From: an uncultured Collinsella sp.
Lineage (GTDB): Bacteria > Actinomycetota > Coriobacteriia > Coriobacteriales > Coriobacteriaceae
DNA length: 64,000 nucleotides
NCBI GenBank assembly: GCA_905200715.1
Contig: CAJKLK010000007.1
Location: 21,040 to 85,039 of the forward strand
Direction of reading: 5' to 3'
Both the position numbers and the translations under genes were made by a program. A model generated the notes under the pieces. That model ran no database searches and was not told the origin of the DNA. It saw only the letters and a list, made by a program, of their open reading frames with translations. Positions within the stretch are counted from its first letter, which is position 1. Each line of letters begins with the position of its first letter. Below, piece after piece: positions 8,140 to 17,424 of this stretch.

Positions 8140-10890
8140 ATGTCTGACAAGCGCCGTACCTTTGCCGTCATCGACGGCAACTCGCTCATGCATCGTGCCT
8201 TCCACGCCGTGCCGCCCACCATGAACGCGCCGGACGGTCGTCCCACCAACGCAATCTTTGGCTTTTTGAATATGTTCCTCAAGATGATTGACGCCTTTAA
8301 TCCCGACGGCGTTGTTGTGGCGTTTGACAAGGGCAAGCCGCGTGTGCGCATGGAGATGCTGCCGCAGTACAAGGCTCAGCGTCCGCCCATGGACCCCGAT
8401 CTGCACGCACAGTTTCCCATGATTAAGGAGCTGCTCGCCGCGCTCAACGTGCCGATTTTGCAGTCCGAGGGCTGGGAAGGCGATGACATCCTGGGCACTA
8501 TGGCGCGCCTGGGCGAGCAGGCCGGCTGTGACATGCTGCTGGTGACCGGTGATCGCGATATGTATCAGCTCGTGACCGAGCACGTCAACGTGGTCTCGAC
8601 CCGCAAGGGCCTGTCCGACGTGGCGATCATGACGCCCGAGAGCGTGGACGATCTGTATCACGGCATCACGCCGGCGCTCGTGCCCGACTTTTATGGTCTG
8701 AAGGGCGACACGTCCGACAACATCCCCGGCGTGCCGGGCATCGGCCCCAAAAAGGCGAGCGCGCTCATTGCGCAGTACGGTAGCCTGGACGAGGTCATCG
8801 CACACGCCGACGAGGTCAAGGGTAAGATGGGCGAGAACCTGCGTGCGCACATCGACGATGCCCTGTTGAGCCGCAAAGTCGCAACCATTCGCACCGATGC
8901 GCCCGTTGAGCTCGATTTTGAGGCGACGTCCTTCCCGGCGTTTTCTGCCGATGAGGTTTCCGCGGCGCTGGGTACGCTTGGTATCACCGCCATGCAGAAC
9001 CGTTTCTTGGCGCTGATTGGCGGCGAGAGCGGGGCTGCTGCTGCCTCCAGTGTGTTTGAGATACCTGCGATGGTTCGCGCAGCCGCCGGCGATGCTGACG
9101 CGCTTGGTGCCGTTGCGGCTGAGGTCTCCCGCGCGATTGATGCCGGCGAGTGGGTCGCCACCGTGGTGGACGACGACAAGGAAGAGGGCGCGCTCTTTGG
9201 ACTGACACGCACGCTATGGTTGGCGACGTCCAAGGGCCTGTTTGCGCTCGAGGAGGGCGACAGCGGTGCGGTGGCCGAGGTTGAGGGCTTCAACTTCGTC
9301 CACGGCGTGATTGCCGGCGTGCTCGCGCGTCTGTTTATGGAGGGCCGTGTGGCGAGCCCGGATATGAAGACGCTGTTGCATGAGCTTTCGCCCATCGACT
9401 CTTCCGAGCCCGAGCTCATGGACCCGCTGTCCGCTGATTCCACGCGCATCTTCGATACCGTGGTTGCCGCCTATCTGCTGGATTCCGATCGCTCCGAGTT
9501 CGATGAGGCGTATCTGACTGATACCTATCTGCAGATGTCGCTGCCTGCGGCGCGCGGCGCAGAGGGTGCTGATGAGGACGCTCCTGCGCCCGCCGCTCGC
9601 ACGGCGGCCTTGACGCTGGCACTGGTCGCACCGCTGCGCGAGTGCATGGCCCGCGAGAACGCCGCCAACGTGTTCGATGGCATCGAGATGCCGCTTGTAC
9701 CGGTGCTTGCCAAGATGGAGCGCGCGGGCATGCTCGTGGACCCCGACCGCCTGCATAGTCTGTCCGAGGGCCTGGCGACTCAGATTGCCGGGGTCGAGCG
9801 CAGCATTCGCGACCTGGCTGGCGACGAGACCTTTAACATCGGCAGCCCCATGCAGCTCTCGCACGTGCTGTTTGATGTTATGGGGCTTCCGACCAAGGGC
9901 CTCAAAAAGACTAAGCGCGGCTATTATTCGACCAACGCCAAGGTGTTGAGCGATCTTGCCCGCGATCACGAGATCGTGCGCCTGATTTTGGACTGGCGTG
10001 AGAAGTCCAAGATTAAGTCGACCTATCTGGACACGCTAGGTCCGCTGCGTCGTGGCGACGGTCGTGTGCACACCACGTACAACCAGACCATCACCGCGAC
10101 GGGGCGTCTGTCTTCGAGCGACCCGAACCTGCAGAATATCCCGACTCGCTCGGAGCTGGGGCGTACCGTCAAGACGGCGTTTTCGGCAGGCGAGGGAAGC
10201 GTCTTTTTGGCGGTGGACTACTCGCAGATCGAGCTGCGCCTGCTCGCGCATCTTTCGGGTGATGAACATCTGGTACGTGCCTTTAATGAGGGTGAGGACT
10301 TCCATGCCGAGACGGCCGCGCGTGTATTTGGCGTGCCGGTGTCCGAGGTGACACCCGACCTGCGCAGCCGCGCCAAGGCCGTGAACTTTGGTATCGTGTA
10401 CGGCCAGCAGGCCTACGGCCTGTCGCAGTCGCTGCATATCTCGATGGCCGAGGCGCGCGATATGATCGATCGCTACTACGAGGCCTACCCGGGCGTGCGC
10501 ACGTTCCTCGACAATGTGGTGGCGCGCGCCAAGCAGACGGGCTATGCCGAGACCATGTATGGCCGCAGACGCCATATTCCCGAGCTCAAGGCCAAAAATC
10601 CGCAGCTTCGCGGCTTTGGCGAGCGCACGGCCATGAACCACCCCATGCAGGGCACCGCAGCAGACATCATCAAGATCGCCATGGCCCGCGTAAGCCGCCG
10701 CCTGGAAGAAGAGGGCTTTGCCGCCCACATGATTCTGCAGGTACACGACGAACTAGACTTTGAGTGCCCCGTCGACGAAGTCGAGCGCCTCACCGCCATG
10801 GTCCGCGACGTCATGGAGCACGTCGTAAACCTACGCGTACCCTTAATCGCCGAAGCCAGCACCGGCATAACCTGGGCCGATGCCAAATAA
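8140..10890 (+). CDS. polA: DNA polymerase I
   Basis: 5' nuclease N-terminus (FAVIDGNSLMHRAFHA), polymerase motifs DYSQIELR and QVHDEL. No clear DxE ExoI motif in the central domain. Confidence 0.95.
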   Translation: MSDKRRTFAVIDGNSLMHRAFHAVPPTMNAPDGRPTNAIFGFLNMFLKMIDAFNPDGVVVAFDKGKPRVRMEMLPQYKAQRPPMDPDLHAQFPMIKELLAALNVPILQSEGWEGDDILGTMARLGEQAGCDMLLVTGDRDMYQLVTEHVNVVSTRKGLSDVAIMTPESVDDLYHGITPALVPDFYGLKGDTSDNIPGVPGIGPKKASALIAQYGSLDEVIAHADEVKGKMGENLRAHIDDALLSRKVATIRTDAPVELDFEATSFPAFSADEVSAALGTLGITAMQNRFLALIGGESGAAAASSVFEIPAMVRAAAGDADALGAVAAEVSRAIDAGEWVATVVDDDKEEGALFGLTRTLWLATSKGLFALEEGDSGAVAEVEGFNFVHGVIAGVLARLFMEGRVASPDMKTLLHELSPIDSSEPELMDPLSADSTRIFDTVVAAYLLDSDRSEFDEAYLTDTYLQMSLPAARGAEGADEDAPAPAARTAALTLALVAPLRECMARENAANVFDGIEMPLVPVLAKMERAGMLVDPDRLHSLSEGLATQIAGVERSIRDLAGDETFNIGSPMQLSHVLFDVMGLPTKGLKKTKRGYYSTNAKVLSDLARDHEIVRLILDWREKSKIKSTYLDTLGPLRRGDGRVHTTYNQTITATGRLSSSDPNLQNIPTRSELGRTVKTAFSAGEGSVFLAVDYSQIELRLLAHLSGDEHLVRAFNEGEDFHAETAARVFGVPVSEVTPDLRSRAKAVNFGIVYGQQAYGLSQSLHISMAEARDMIDRYYEAYPGVRTFLDNVVARAKQTGYAETMYGRRRHIPELKAKNPQLRGFGERTAMNHPMQGTAADIIKIAMARVSRRLEEEGFAAHMILQVHDELDFECPVDEVERLTAMVRDVMEHVVNLRVPLIAEASTGITWADAK

Positions 10891-11025
10891 AGAAGCACCA
10901 ACAAACCCAAAGTAACCAAACAAGAAGGGAGCCCCTCATCAGCAAGGAGCTCCCTTCATCCAATTAAATTCAGCCAAAGTATCTAGGCGCCAAGACGCCA
11001 TCCAGGCGGCAAGCAAGTCAACGTA

Positions 11026-11151
11026 GCCATGCCCGGGGCCGACCGTTTGATTTTTGTAGATTCCGCACGAGCCGAAGAGCACTTAATGTGCTCTTCGAGC
11101 GAGCCCAGGACCTGACCGAGCAAAAATCAAACGGTCGGCCCCGGGCATGGC
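11026..11151. repeat. 126-bp palindrome with 30-bp perfect terminal arms
   Basis: GCCATGCCCGGGGCCGACCGTTTGATTTTT (11026-11055) is the exact reverse complement of 11122-11151. An inner GAAGAGCAC-TTAA-GTGCTCTTC hairpin lies within. Confidence 0.9.
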
Positions 11152-11158
11152 GGCGAGT

Positions 11159-11986
11159 TTAACGAGCCGCCAGGATGGCGTCGATGAGCGTCAGTACGCC
11201 CCCGTCGTTGTTGCTCGGAATGCGCCATTTGGCATGCGCGTTCATATGCTCCTCGGCATTGTCCACGATAAAGCTGTGGCCGACGCGCTCCAGCATGGGA
11301 ATATCGTTGTAGGTATCGCCCGCGGCGGCGGCGTCGGCGATATCGATGCCCAGGTGCTCGCACAGGTGCGCGACGCCGGCTCCCTTGTCGACGCCCAGGT
11401 TCATAAAGTCGATCCACTCGCGGCCCGCATTGGTGACGTAGAGCTGATCCGAGAACGCGGGGCTATAGGTCTCGCGGAATGCGGGCTCGGCGTCGTAGCC
11501 GGGGAAGAAGACCGAAATCTTATTGGACTCGAAATCGATGCCCTCAAAGCTATCGACGTAGTTGATCGTGTTGTAGTACACGCTGATCTCGTCGTGGTAC
11601 TGATGGTCACGGGCGAGCACATAGAACTCGTCGTAGCAGCATAGGACGGGAACGGCGCGCGGGTCCTCCGAGGCACGAGCGAGCACCTGCTGATACAGCG
11701 CCACATCGATGTTGCTCTTATAGATATAGCCGCCGCGATAGATGACGCAGGCTCCGTTGTCGGGACAAAAAGCAAGGCGGTTCTTAATGCCCTCGAACAT
11801 TTCCTCGAGTTTGGGGGCAGGGCGTCCGCTGGCGGGGCAGAACACGATGCCAGCCTCGGCGAGCTTGTCCAGGCGCTCATCAAGACCCTGCGGCAACACA
11901 CGCTCGTCGGTGAGCAGCGTCTTGTCCATATCGACGGCGAGAATCTTAATGTTTCCGATATTGGTGTCCGATTCGTAAGTTTGCAT
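11159..11986 (-). CDS. Cof-type HAD-IIB phosphatase
   Basis: ILAVDMDKTLL motif I and GDTYNDIPML motif IV. Confidence 0.85.
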   Translation of the reverse strand: MQTYESDTNIGNIKILAVDMDKTLLTDERVLPQGLDERLDKLAEAGIVFCPASGRPAPKLEEMFEGIKNRLAFCPDNGACVIYRGGYIYKSNIDVALYQQVLARASEDPRAVPVLCCYDEFYVLARDHQYHDEISVYYNTINYVDSFEGIDFESNKISVFFPGYDAEPAFRETYSPAFSDQLYVTNAGREWIDFMNLGVDKGAGVAHLCEHLGIDIADAAAAGDTYNDIPMLERVGHSFIVDNAEEHMNAHAKWRIPSNNDGGVLTLIDAILAAR

Positions 11987-12260
11987 AAAAGCGCGCCTTT
12001 CGTTTCGAAATTGTTTCAGACGTTATAACCATCAACCAGTAACCGAGCGTATTGTCGCAGGAACGGGGCGTATTTGCACTGCAATTCACAAACTAATGAA
12101 AAAACTTTTCAGAAATTTGAATTTGTCGCTTGTGCTGCTGGCACTTTAGCGTAATATAGCGACCATCGAAAACGGAGACGGAAATACAACCGTTTACCGA
12201 AGAATAGGTACCGTTTGCGATATTAGAATTGCGCCCGGCGATAGGTGAAAGGAGAGGCAG

Positions 12261-12335
12261 ATGCAGTTCGTAAAGATCATCACCACTGCAGACAATGCCA
12301 TCCGACGCCAGCGCGCAATTTCCCGACGACGATAA
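12261..12335 (+). CDS. candidate 24-aa arginine-rich leader peptide MQFVKIITTADNAIRRQRAISRRR
   Basis: GAAAGGAGAGG RBS lies 5-6 nt before the ATG. Six Arg in the last ten codons, including CGA CGA CGA directly before TAA. Terminator-like hairpins follow. Confidence 0.35.
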   Translation: MQFVKIITTADNAIRRQRAISRRR

Positions 12336-12342
12336 CAATCGT

Positions 12343-12446
12343 CTCTGTTCGTATGGGGTGAAATGCCCCAACAGAGTCATTTTGAGGTCGTTGGGTTTTA
12401 GCACGACATAGACGCATGTTTCTAGGGCATGTTGTGCTGCTTTTTG
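12343..12446 (+). promoter_or_regulatory. two tandem terminator-like hairpins in the argG 5' region (candidate attenuator)
   Basis: CTCTGTT...AACAGAG + TCATTTT (12343-12383), and AGCACGACAT...ATGTTGTGCT + GCTTTTTG (12400-12446). Confidence 0.4.
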
Positions 12447-12539
12447 CTATTTAACCTGATATTGCACGGTTTTTGACCTCGAAATGACTTGCACCTGACC
12501 AATGTTCTAACTAGCTACCAAGGGCGAAAGGAAACAGCC

Positions 12540-13766
12540 ATGAGCAAGGAAAAAGTCGTTCTCGCATATTCCGGTGGTCTTGATACATCCGTATGTGTCA
12601 AGTGGCTTCAGGACGAGAAGAATCTCGATGTCGTTTGTGTCTGCGGCAATGTGGGCCAGGAGGAGACCGGCCTGGATGCCAAGAAGCAGAAGGCCCTCGA
12701 CCTGGGCGTTCTGGATTGCCAGGTGCTCGATCTGCGCGACGAGTTCTCCGATGAGTTCCTGACTAAGGCCATCGCCGCAAACTCCATGTATGAGAACAAG
12801 TATCCGCTGCTCTCCGCTCTTTCCCGTCCGCTGCTTGCCAAGAAGCTTGTCGAGGTCGCTCACGAGTTTGGCGCGACCTACGTCGCTCACGGCTGCACCG
12901 GCAAGGGTAACGACCAGGTTCGTTTTGAGGCTGCCGTCAAGGCCCTCGACCCCGAGCTTAAGGTTATCGCCCCGGTTCGCGAGTGGGATCTGAAGTGCCG
13001 TCCCGACGAGGTCGCCTATGCTCACGCCCACAACGTGCCGGTTCCCGAGGGTGCCAACGACAACCCCTATTCCATCGACGACAACCTGTGGGGTCGTGCC
13101 ATTGAGTGTGGCCACCTGGAGGATCCCTGGAACGAGCCGCTCGACGACGCCTGGGTTATGACCAAGAATCCCGAGGACACGCCCGACACCCCGACGTATA
13201 CCGAGATCGAGTTTGAGGCCGGCAAGCCCGTCGCCGTCGACGGCAAGAAGATGAAGCTCTCCGAGATCGTCATCGCCCTCAACAAGATCTCCGGCGACAA
13301 CGGCTTTGGTCGCCTGGACCTGGTCGAGGATCGTCTGGTGGGCCTCAAGAGCCGCGAGTGCTATGAGGTTCCCGGCGCCCTGACGCTCATCACCGCCCAC
13401 AAGGCACTCGAGGATATCTGCGTCGAGGGCGACCTGCTCAAGACCAAGATTAAGCTCGAGCAGGATTGGGCGACCGCCGTGTACAACGGCCAGTGGTACA
13501 GCCCGCTCAAAAACGCGCTCGACGCCTTTATGGCCGACACCCAGAAGTTCGTGACCGGTACCGTCCGTCTGAAGTTCTTTAAGGGCAACTGCCATGTCGT
13601 CGGCCGCAAGAGCCCCTTCAGCCTCTACGACTACGGTCTGGCTACCTACGACCGCGACACCACGTTTGACGAGAAGGCCAGCGCCGGCTTTATCGAGATC
13701 GATACGCTGTCGCTCAAGACGTGGGCAAAGGTCCAGGGTCCCAGCTCTGCTGCCGCTCAGGCCTAA
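12540..13766 (+). CDS. argG: argininosuccinate synthase
   Basis: VVLAYSGGLDTSV N-type ATP-PPase motif. Full-length 408 aa from ATG 12540. Confidence 0.95.
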   Translation: MSKEKVVLAYSGGLDTSVCVKWLQDEKNLDVVCVCGNVGQEETGLDAKKQKALDLGVLDCQVLDLRDEFSDEFLTKAIAANSMYENKYPLLSALSRPLLAKKLVEVAHEFGATYVAHGCTGKGNDQVRFEAAVKALDPELKVIAPVREWDLKCRPDEVAYAHAHNVPVPEGANDNPYSIDDNLWGRAIECGHLEDPWNEPLDDAWVMTKNPEDTPDTPTYTEIEFEAGKPVAVDGKKMKLSEIVIALNKISGDNGFGRLDLVEDRLVGLKSRECYEVPGALTLITAHKALEDICVEGDLLKTKIKLEQDWATAVYNGQWYSPLKNALDAFMADTQKFVTGTVRLKFFKGNCHVVGRKSPFSLYDYGLATYDRDTTFDEKASAGFIEIDTLSLKTWAKVQGPSSAAAQA

Positions 13767-13921
13767 GGCTTTTCCTTCCCTTGGTATCCGCGCGGCCCAT
13801 CCGCGTGATACAAAACGGGCGCACGGGGTCCCTACCTTTCGTTATGCTTGCTGACACTTCTTAACATCGGTGGCCCCTACGTTCCGCCCGCATATATGAC
13901 GCCGCGTCTGCGGCTGAGTCC

Positions 13922-13956
13922 GAGCCCCGCCGGGGTTGTCCGGCGGGGCTCTTTCT
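13922..13956 (+). terminator. rho-independent terminator after argG
   Basis: GAGCCCCGCCGG-GGTTGT-CCGGCGGGGCTC followed by TTTCT. Confidence 0.7.
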
Positions 13957-14003
13957 ATCAATTTGTCGGCTCTGTGCCTATATATATCTGAGGAGTACCT
14001 ACT

Positions 14004-14174
14004 ATGTTTGACGCCATTGCACACGCTTTGCTTTCTCTTGCCCCCGAGTTCGACACCGCCAAGGTGGAGGAGGTCCCCATGAGCCTGAAGGCTTGGATTG
14101 ACGGTTCGCGGGGCAACATTCGGAGGGAGTCCATGGGCGCCAAGTGCATGGTGCGTCACTTCTTCGCTGTTTAG
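14004..14174 (+). CDS. possible 56-aa small protein (below the ORF-track cutoff)
   Basis: ATG at 14004 sits behind GAGGAG (spacing 7). ORF is MFDAIAHALLSLAPEFDTAKVEEVPMSLKAWIDGSRGNIRRESMGAKCMVRHFFAV. No family recognised. Confidence 0.2.
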   Translation: MFDAIAHALLSLAPEFDTAKVEEVPMSLKAWIDGSRGNIRRESMGAKCMVRHFFAV

Positions 14175-14295
14175 CTTGTCAGCCTCGCGTGCGGCGGGGG
14201 ATGTGCAAAACTAGCAGTTGATAAATCGTTTTAACGGCGCTAAACGCAGCTCGCGGACATCGGCGCATTGGTATTTGATGAAAGGGGACGGTCCC

Positions 14296-15726
14296 ATGGC
14301 TCTTTGGGGTGGTCGTTTTGAGGCGGGAGTGGCCGAGGTCACGCAGGAGTTCGGTGCGTCGCTGCCGGTCGACAAGCATCTCTATAAGCAAGATATTGCC
14401 GGCTCCAAGGCGCACGCCAAGATGCTCGCCGCTCAGGGCATCATTAGTGCCGAGGACGAGCAGGCGATTGCCGAGGGCCTGACTGGAATCGAACAGGATA
14501 TCGATGCCGGCAACTTCACCTTCGATATCAACGACGAGGACATTCATATGTCCATCGAGAGCGAGCTGACGCGTCGCATCGGCGAGGCAGGCAAGCGTCT
14601 GCACACCGGCCGTTCGCGCAACGACCAGGTGGCAACCGACACGCGCTTGGGCGTCAAGGCGCTGGCCAAGGAGCTCATGGAAGCCAATCTTGAGTTGCGC
14701 CATGTGCTGGTGGATGCGGCAAAGAAGTACGACAAGGTGATTCTGCCGGGTTACACGCACATGCAGCATGCTCAGCCCGTGCTGCTGTCACATCATCTGC
14801 TGGCATATTCCTGGATGTTTGCGCGCGACTTTACACGCCTGAAGGCCGCCTTTGATGCCGCCGACAACTGCCCGCTGGGTGCTGCCGCGCTTGCCGGTAC
14901 GAGCTATCCGCTCGATCGCCAGATGACGGCTGCCGAACTTGGCTTTTCGGGTGTGATTCCCAACTCGCTCGATGCGGTCTCCGACCGTGATTTCCTGCTC
15001 GATCTGCATTACGCTGGCTCCGTCATGGCCATGCACCTGTCGCGTCTTTCCGAGGAGATCGTGCTGTGGTCGAGCTCCGAATTTGGCTTTATCACGCTTT
15101 CCGACTCGTATTCCACCGGCTCGTCCATCATGCCGCAGAAGAAGAACCCCGACTTTGCCGAGCTTATTCGCGGCAAGAGCGGTCGCGTGTACGGCAACCT
15201 GGTCCAGCTGCTGGTGACCATGAAGGGTCTGCCGTTGGCCTATAACAAGGACCTGCAGGAGGACAAGGAGGGCGCGCTCGATACCGCCCACACGCTCATG
15301 CAGTGCCTGTCGGTTATGGCCGGTATGATTTCGACTTGGACCGTCAACGAGGGCGCCATGGCACGCGAGTGCGGCGTGGGTCACCTTGCCGCCACCGACG
15401 TTGCCGATTACCTGGCCAAGCGCGGCTTGCCATTCCGCGAGGCGCATGCCGTGGTGGGCCATCTGGTCCTGATGTGTGAGAAGCGCGGCTGCAATCTTGA
15501 GGATCTGCCGTTTGAGGTGTTCCAGGAGGCAAGCCCGCTCTTTGAGCGCGATATTACCGAGGCGCTCGACATCCCGTCGATTGTCGCTGCGCGCACGACC
15601 GAGGGCGGTACCGCGCCTGCCGCCGTTGCCGTACAGTTGGGGCGCGCCGAGGCACAGCTTGCGGCCGATGAGGGTGTGTTTGGCTCGTTGACCAAGGTCG
15701 TCGAGATGGGTCACGGAGCTAATTAG
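14296..15726 (+). CDS. argH: argininosuccinate lyase
   Basis: MALWGGRFE N-terminus and the GSSIMPQKKNPD fumarate-lyase signature. Confidence 0.95.
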   Translation: MALWGGRFEAGVAEVTQEFGASLPVDKHLYKQDIAGSKAHAKMLAAQGIISAEDEQAIAEGLTGIEQDIDAGNFTFDINDEDIHMSIESELTRRIGEAGKRLHTGRSRNDQVATDTRLGVKALAKELMEANLELRHVLVDAAKKYDKVILPGYTHMQHAQPVLLSHHLLAYSWMFARDFTRLKAAFDAADNCPLGAAALAGTSYPLDRQMTAAELGFSGVIPNSLDAVSDRDFLLDLHYAGSVMAMHLSRLSEEIVLWSSSEFGFITLSDSYSTGSSIMPQKKNPDFAELIRGKSGRVYGNLVQLLVTMKGLPLAYNKDLQEDKEGALDTAHTLMQCLSVMAGMISTWTVNEGAMARECGVGHLAATDVADYLAKRGLPFREAHAVVGHLVLMCEKRGCNLEDLPFEVFQEASPLFERDITEALDIPSIVAARTTEGGTAPAAVAVQLGRAEAQLAADEGVFGSLTKVVEMGHGAN

Positions 15727-15771
15727 CTTATTGGATGCGTCTGTCTGGTGCGTTCATCATATCTTGCCTTT

Positions 15772-15805
15772 ACGGGTGCCCTCTACGGTGGGCGCCCGTT
15801 TTGTT
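15772..15805 (+). terminator. rho-independent terminator after argH
   Basis: ACGGGTGCCC-loop-GGGCGCCCGT followed by TTTGTT. Confidence 0.7.
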
Positions 15806-16103
15806 ATAGAGAAGGAAGGAGCTTGTCGAGAACTTTTGTAGGACATTTGCGCAGGTTGTGAAGGGGGTGCGTTCACGGGCGGCAATCGACCGTCCGTTCT
15901 GTTCGGTGCAGTTGGAAGTGGGGCGGATGGTACTCTAGTCGGGCTTCGGAACAGAAGTGACACATATGGAGCGCTTCAATAAATAATAACGCTTCAATAA
16001 ACGGCTTTTTGTTTAACTGCAGCTAGAACTCTGTTACGATGCAGTCCAGGCGGGTGCCGGAATGGGACTTGGGCACGCGCGAACCTACTTGAAAGGCTAC
16101 CTT

Positions 16104-16508
16104 ATGGCTATCGAGAAGACCTTCATCATGATTAAGCCCGACGCCGTGCGCGATCGCAAGATCGGCGAGATCGTTGCTCGCATTGAGCGCAGCGGCCTTG
16201 TTATCGAGCGTATGGAGATGACCACGCTTGAGCGCGCCACCGTTGAGGAGCACTATGCTCACCTCAACGACAAGCCCTTCTTTGGCGGTCTGTGCGATTT
16301 CATGACGAGCGGTCCGGTCGTCAAGATGGTCGTTTCCGGTCCTTCTGCCGTTGCTAAGATGCGCACCCTCATGGGCGCCACCAACCCGCTTGATGCCGCT
16401 CCTGGTACCATTCGCGGCGACTTTGCCGTCGATGTCAACGCCAACGTGATCCATGGCTCCGACTGCCTGGAGAACGCCGAGATCGAGATCAAGCGTTTCT
16501 TTGGCTAA
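16104..16508 (+). CDS. ndk: nucleoside-diphosphate kinase
   Basis: MAIEKTFIMIKPDAV N-terminus and NVIHGSD active-site His block. Confidence 0.95.
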   Translation: MAIEKTFIMIKPDAVRDRKIGEIVARIERSGLVIERMEMTTLERATVEEHYAHLNDKPFFGGLCDFMTSGPVVKMVVSGPSAVAKMRTLMGATNPLDAAPGTIRGDFAVDVNANVIHGSDCLENAEIEIKRFFG

Positions 16509-16546
16509 ACCAGCTTTGACTCCTTAAAGCTGTTAGCGTGTGGCTT

Positions 16547-16583
16547 GAGCGCCGCGGAACTCCATCCGCGGCGCTCTTTTTAT
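16547..16583 (+). terminator. rho-independent terminator after ndk
   Basis: GAGCGCCGCGG-loop-CCGCGGCGCTC followed by TTTTTA. Confidence 0.75.
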
Positions 16584-16684
16584 TCCAGTAGATTTTGGTA
16601 AACGCCTACAAATCTACTAAAGAGCCCCCGTCCGGATGTTTCTTCCGGACGGGGGCTGGCGTTAGCGAATGGCTTTGTGAATCT

Positions 16685-17152
16685 TTAGGCTTCGTCGACG
16701 ATCTTAAGGCCGCGGGTCTGGTCGATCTCGTTGAGGAGATTGACGCGACGCTCGTGGCGGCCACCCTCAAACTCGGCGTCGAGCCACTCGTCGACAATCA
16801 TCTTGGCGAGCTCGGAGCCCACGACGCGGGCACCAAAGGCGAGCACATTGGTGTTGTTGTGCATGCGCGAGAGCTTGGCGCTGAAGGGCTCGGAGCACAC
16901 GACGGCGCGAACGCCCTCGACCTTGTTGGCGGCCAGGCTGATGCCGACGCCGGTACCGCAGATCAGGATGCCCAGATCGACGTCACCGTTGGCAACTGCC
17001 TTGCCCACCTTGTAGCCGGCGATGGGGTAATCAAAGCTCTCGGAGGTGTCGGTTCCAAAGTTCACGACCTCACAGCCGCGCTCCTTCAGGTGCTCGGAAA
17101 TGATGTTCTTGAGCTCGACGGCGGCGTGGTCGTTACCGATACCAATCTTCAT
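16685..17152 (-). CDS. rpiB: ribose-5-phosphate isomerase B
   Basis: MKIGIGNDHAAVELK ... ILICGTGVGISLAANK, typical RpiB/LacAB. ATG complement at 17150-17152. Confidence 0.9.
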   Translation of the reverse strand: MKIGIGNDHAAVELKNIISEHLKERGCEVVNFGTDTSESFDYPIAGYKVGKAVANGDVDLGILICGTGVGISLAANKVEGVRAVVCSEPFSAKLSRMHNNTNVLAFGARVVGSELAKMIVDEWLDAEFEGGRHERRVNLLNEIDQTRGLKIVDEA

Positions 17153-17424
17153 GAGTGGTTCCTCTCTGGTCCGTGCGGCGGAATTGCTAAAGGTTTTACC
17201 GCGTTCGACTGCATGATAGCGCGACTTTTGCGTAAACACTCGGGCGTTTTTTTGGTCAAACGCTTTAGCATGCAACAAGACCGGCTTCTCATGAATGAAT
17301 GCCGTCAGATTGCGCTTGAACGCCGTCCGTCGGAACCATGGTTGCGGTTTTTGATGCATTGTTATCAAATAAAAGAGCTAACTATTATCGAGAGCCCAGT
17401 TCGTTATGTAAGCAGGAGATACCT

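Noticed and set aside
8140-10890. polA central domain lacking clear 3'-5' exonuclease motifs, as a possible novelty
   Set aside because: Exonuclease-deficient PolA is common in several high-GC lineages. It is noted in the feature evidence only.
12093-12404. 103-aa minus-strand ORF in the argG upstream region
   Set aside because: - It has a GTG start without an RBS.
- It has atypical low GC and no family resemblance.
- It overlaps the better-supported plus-strand mini-ORF and hairpins.
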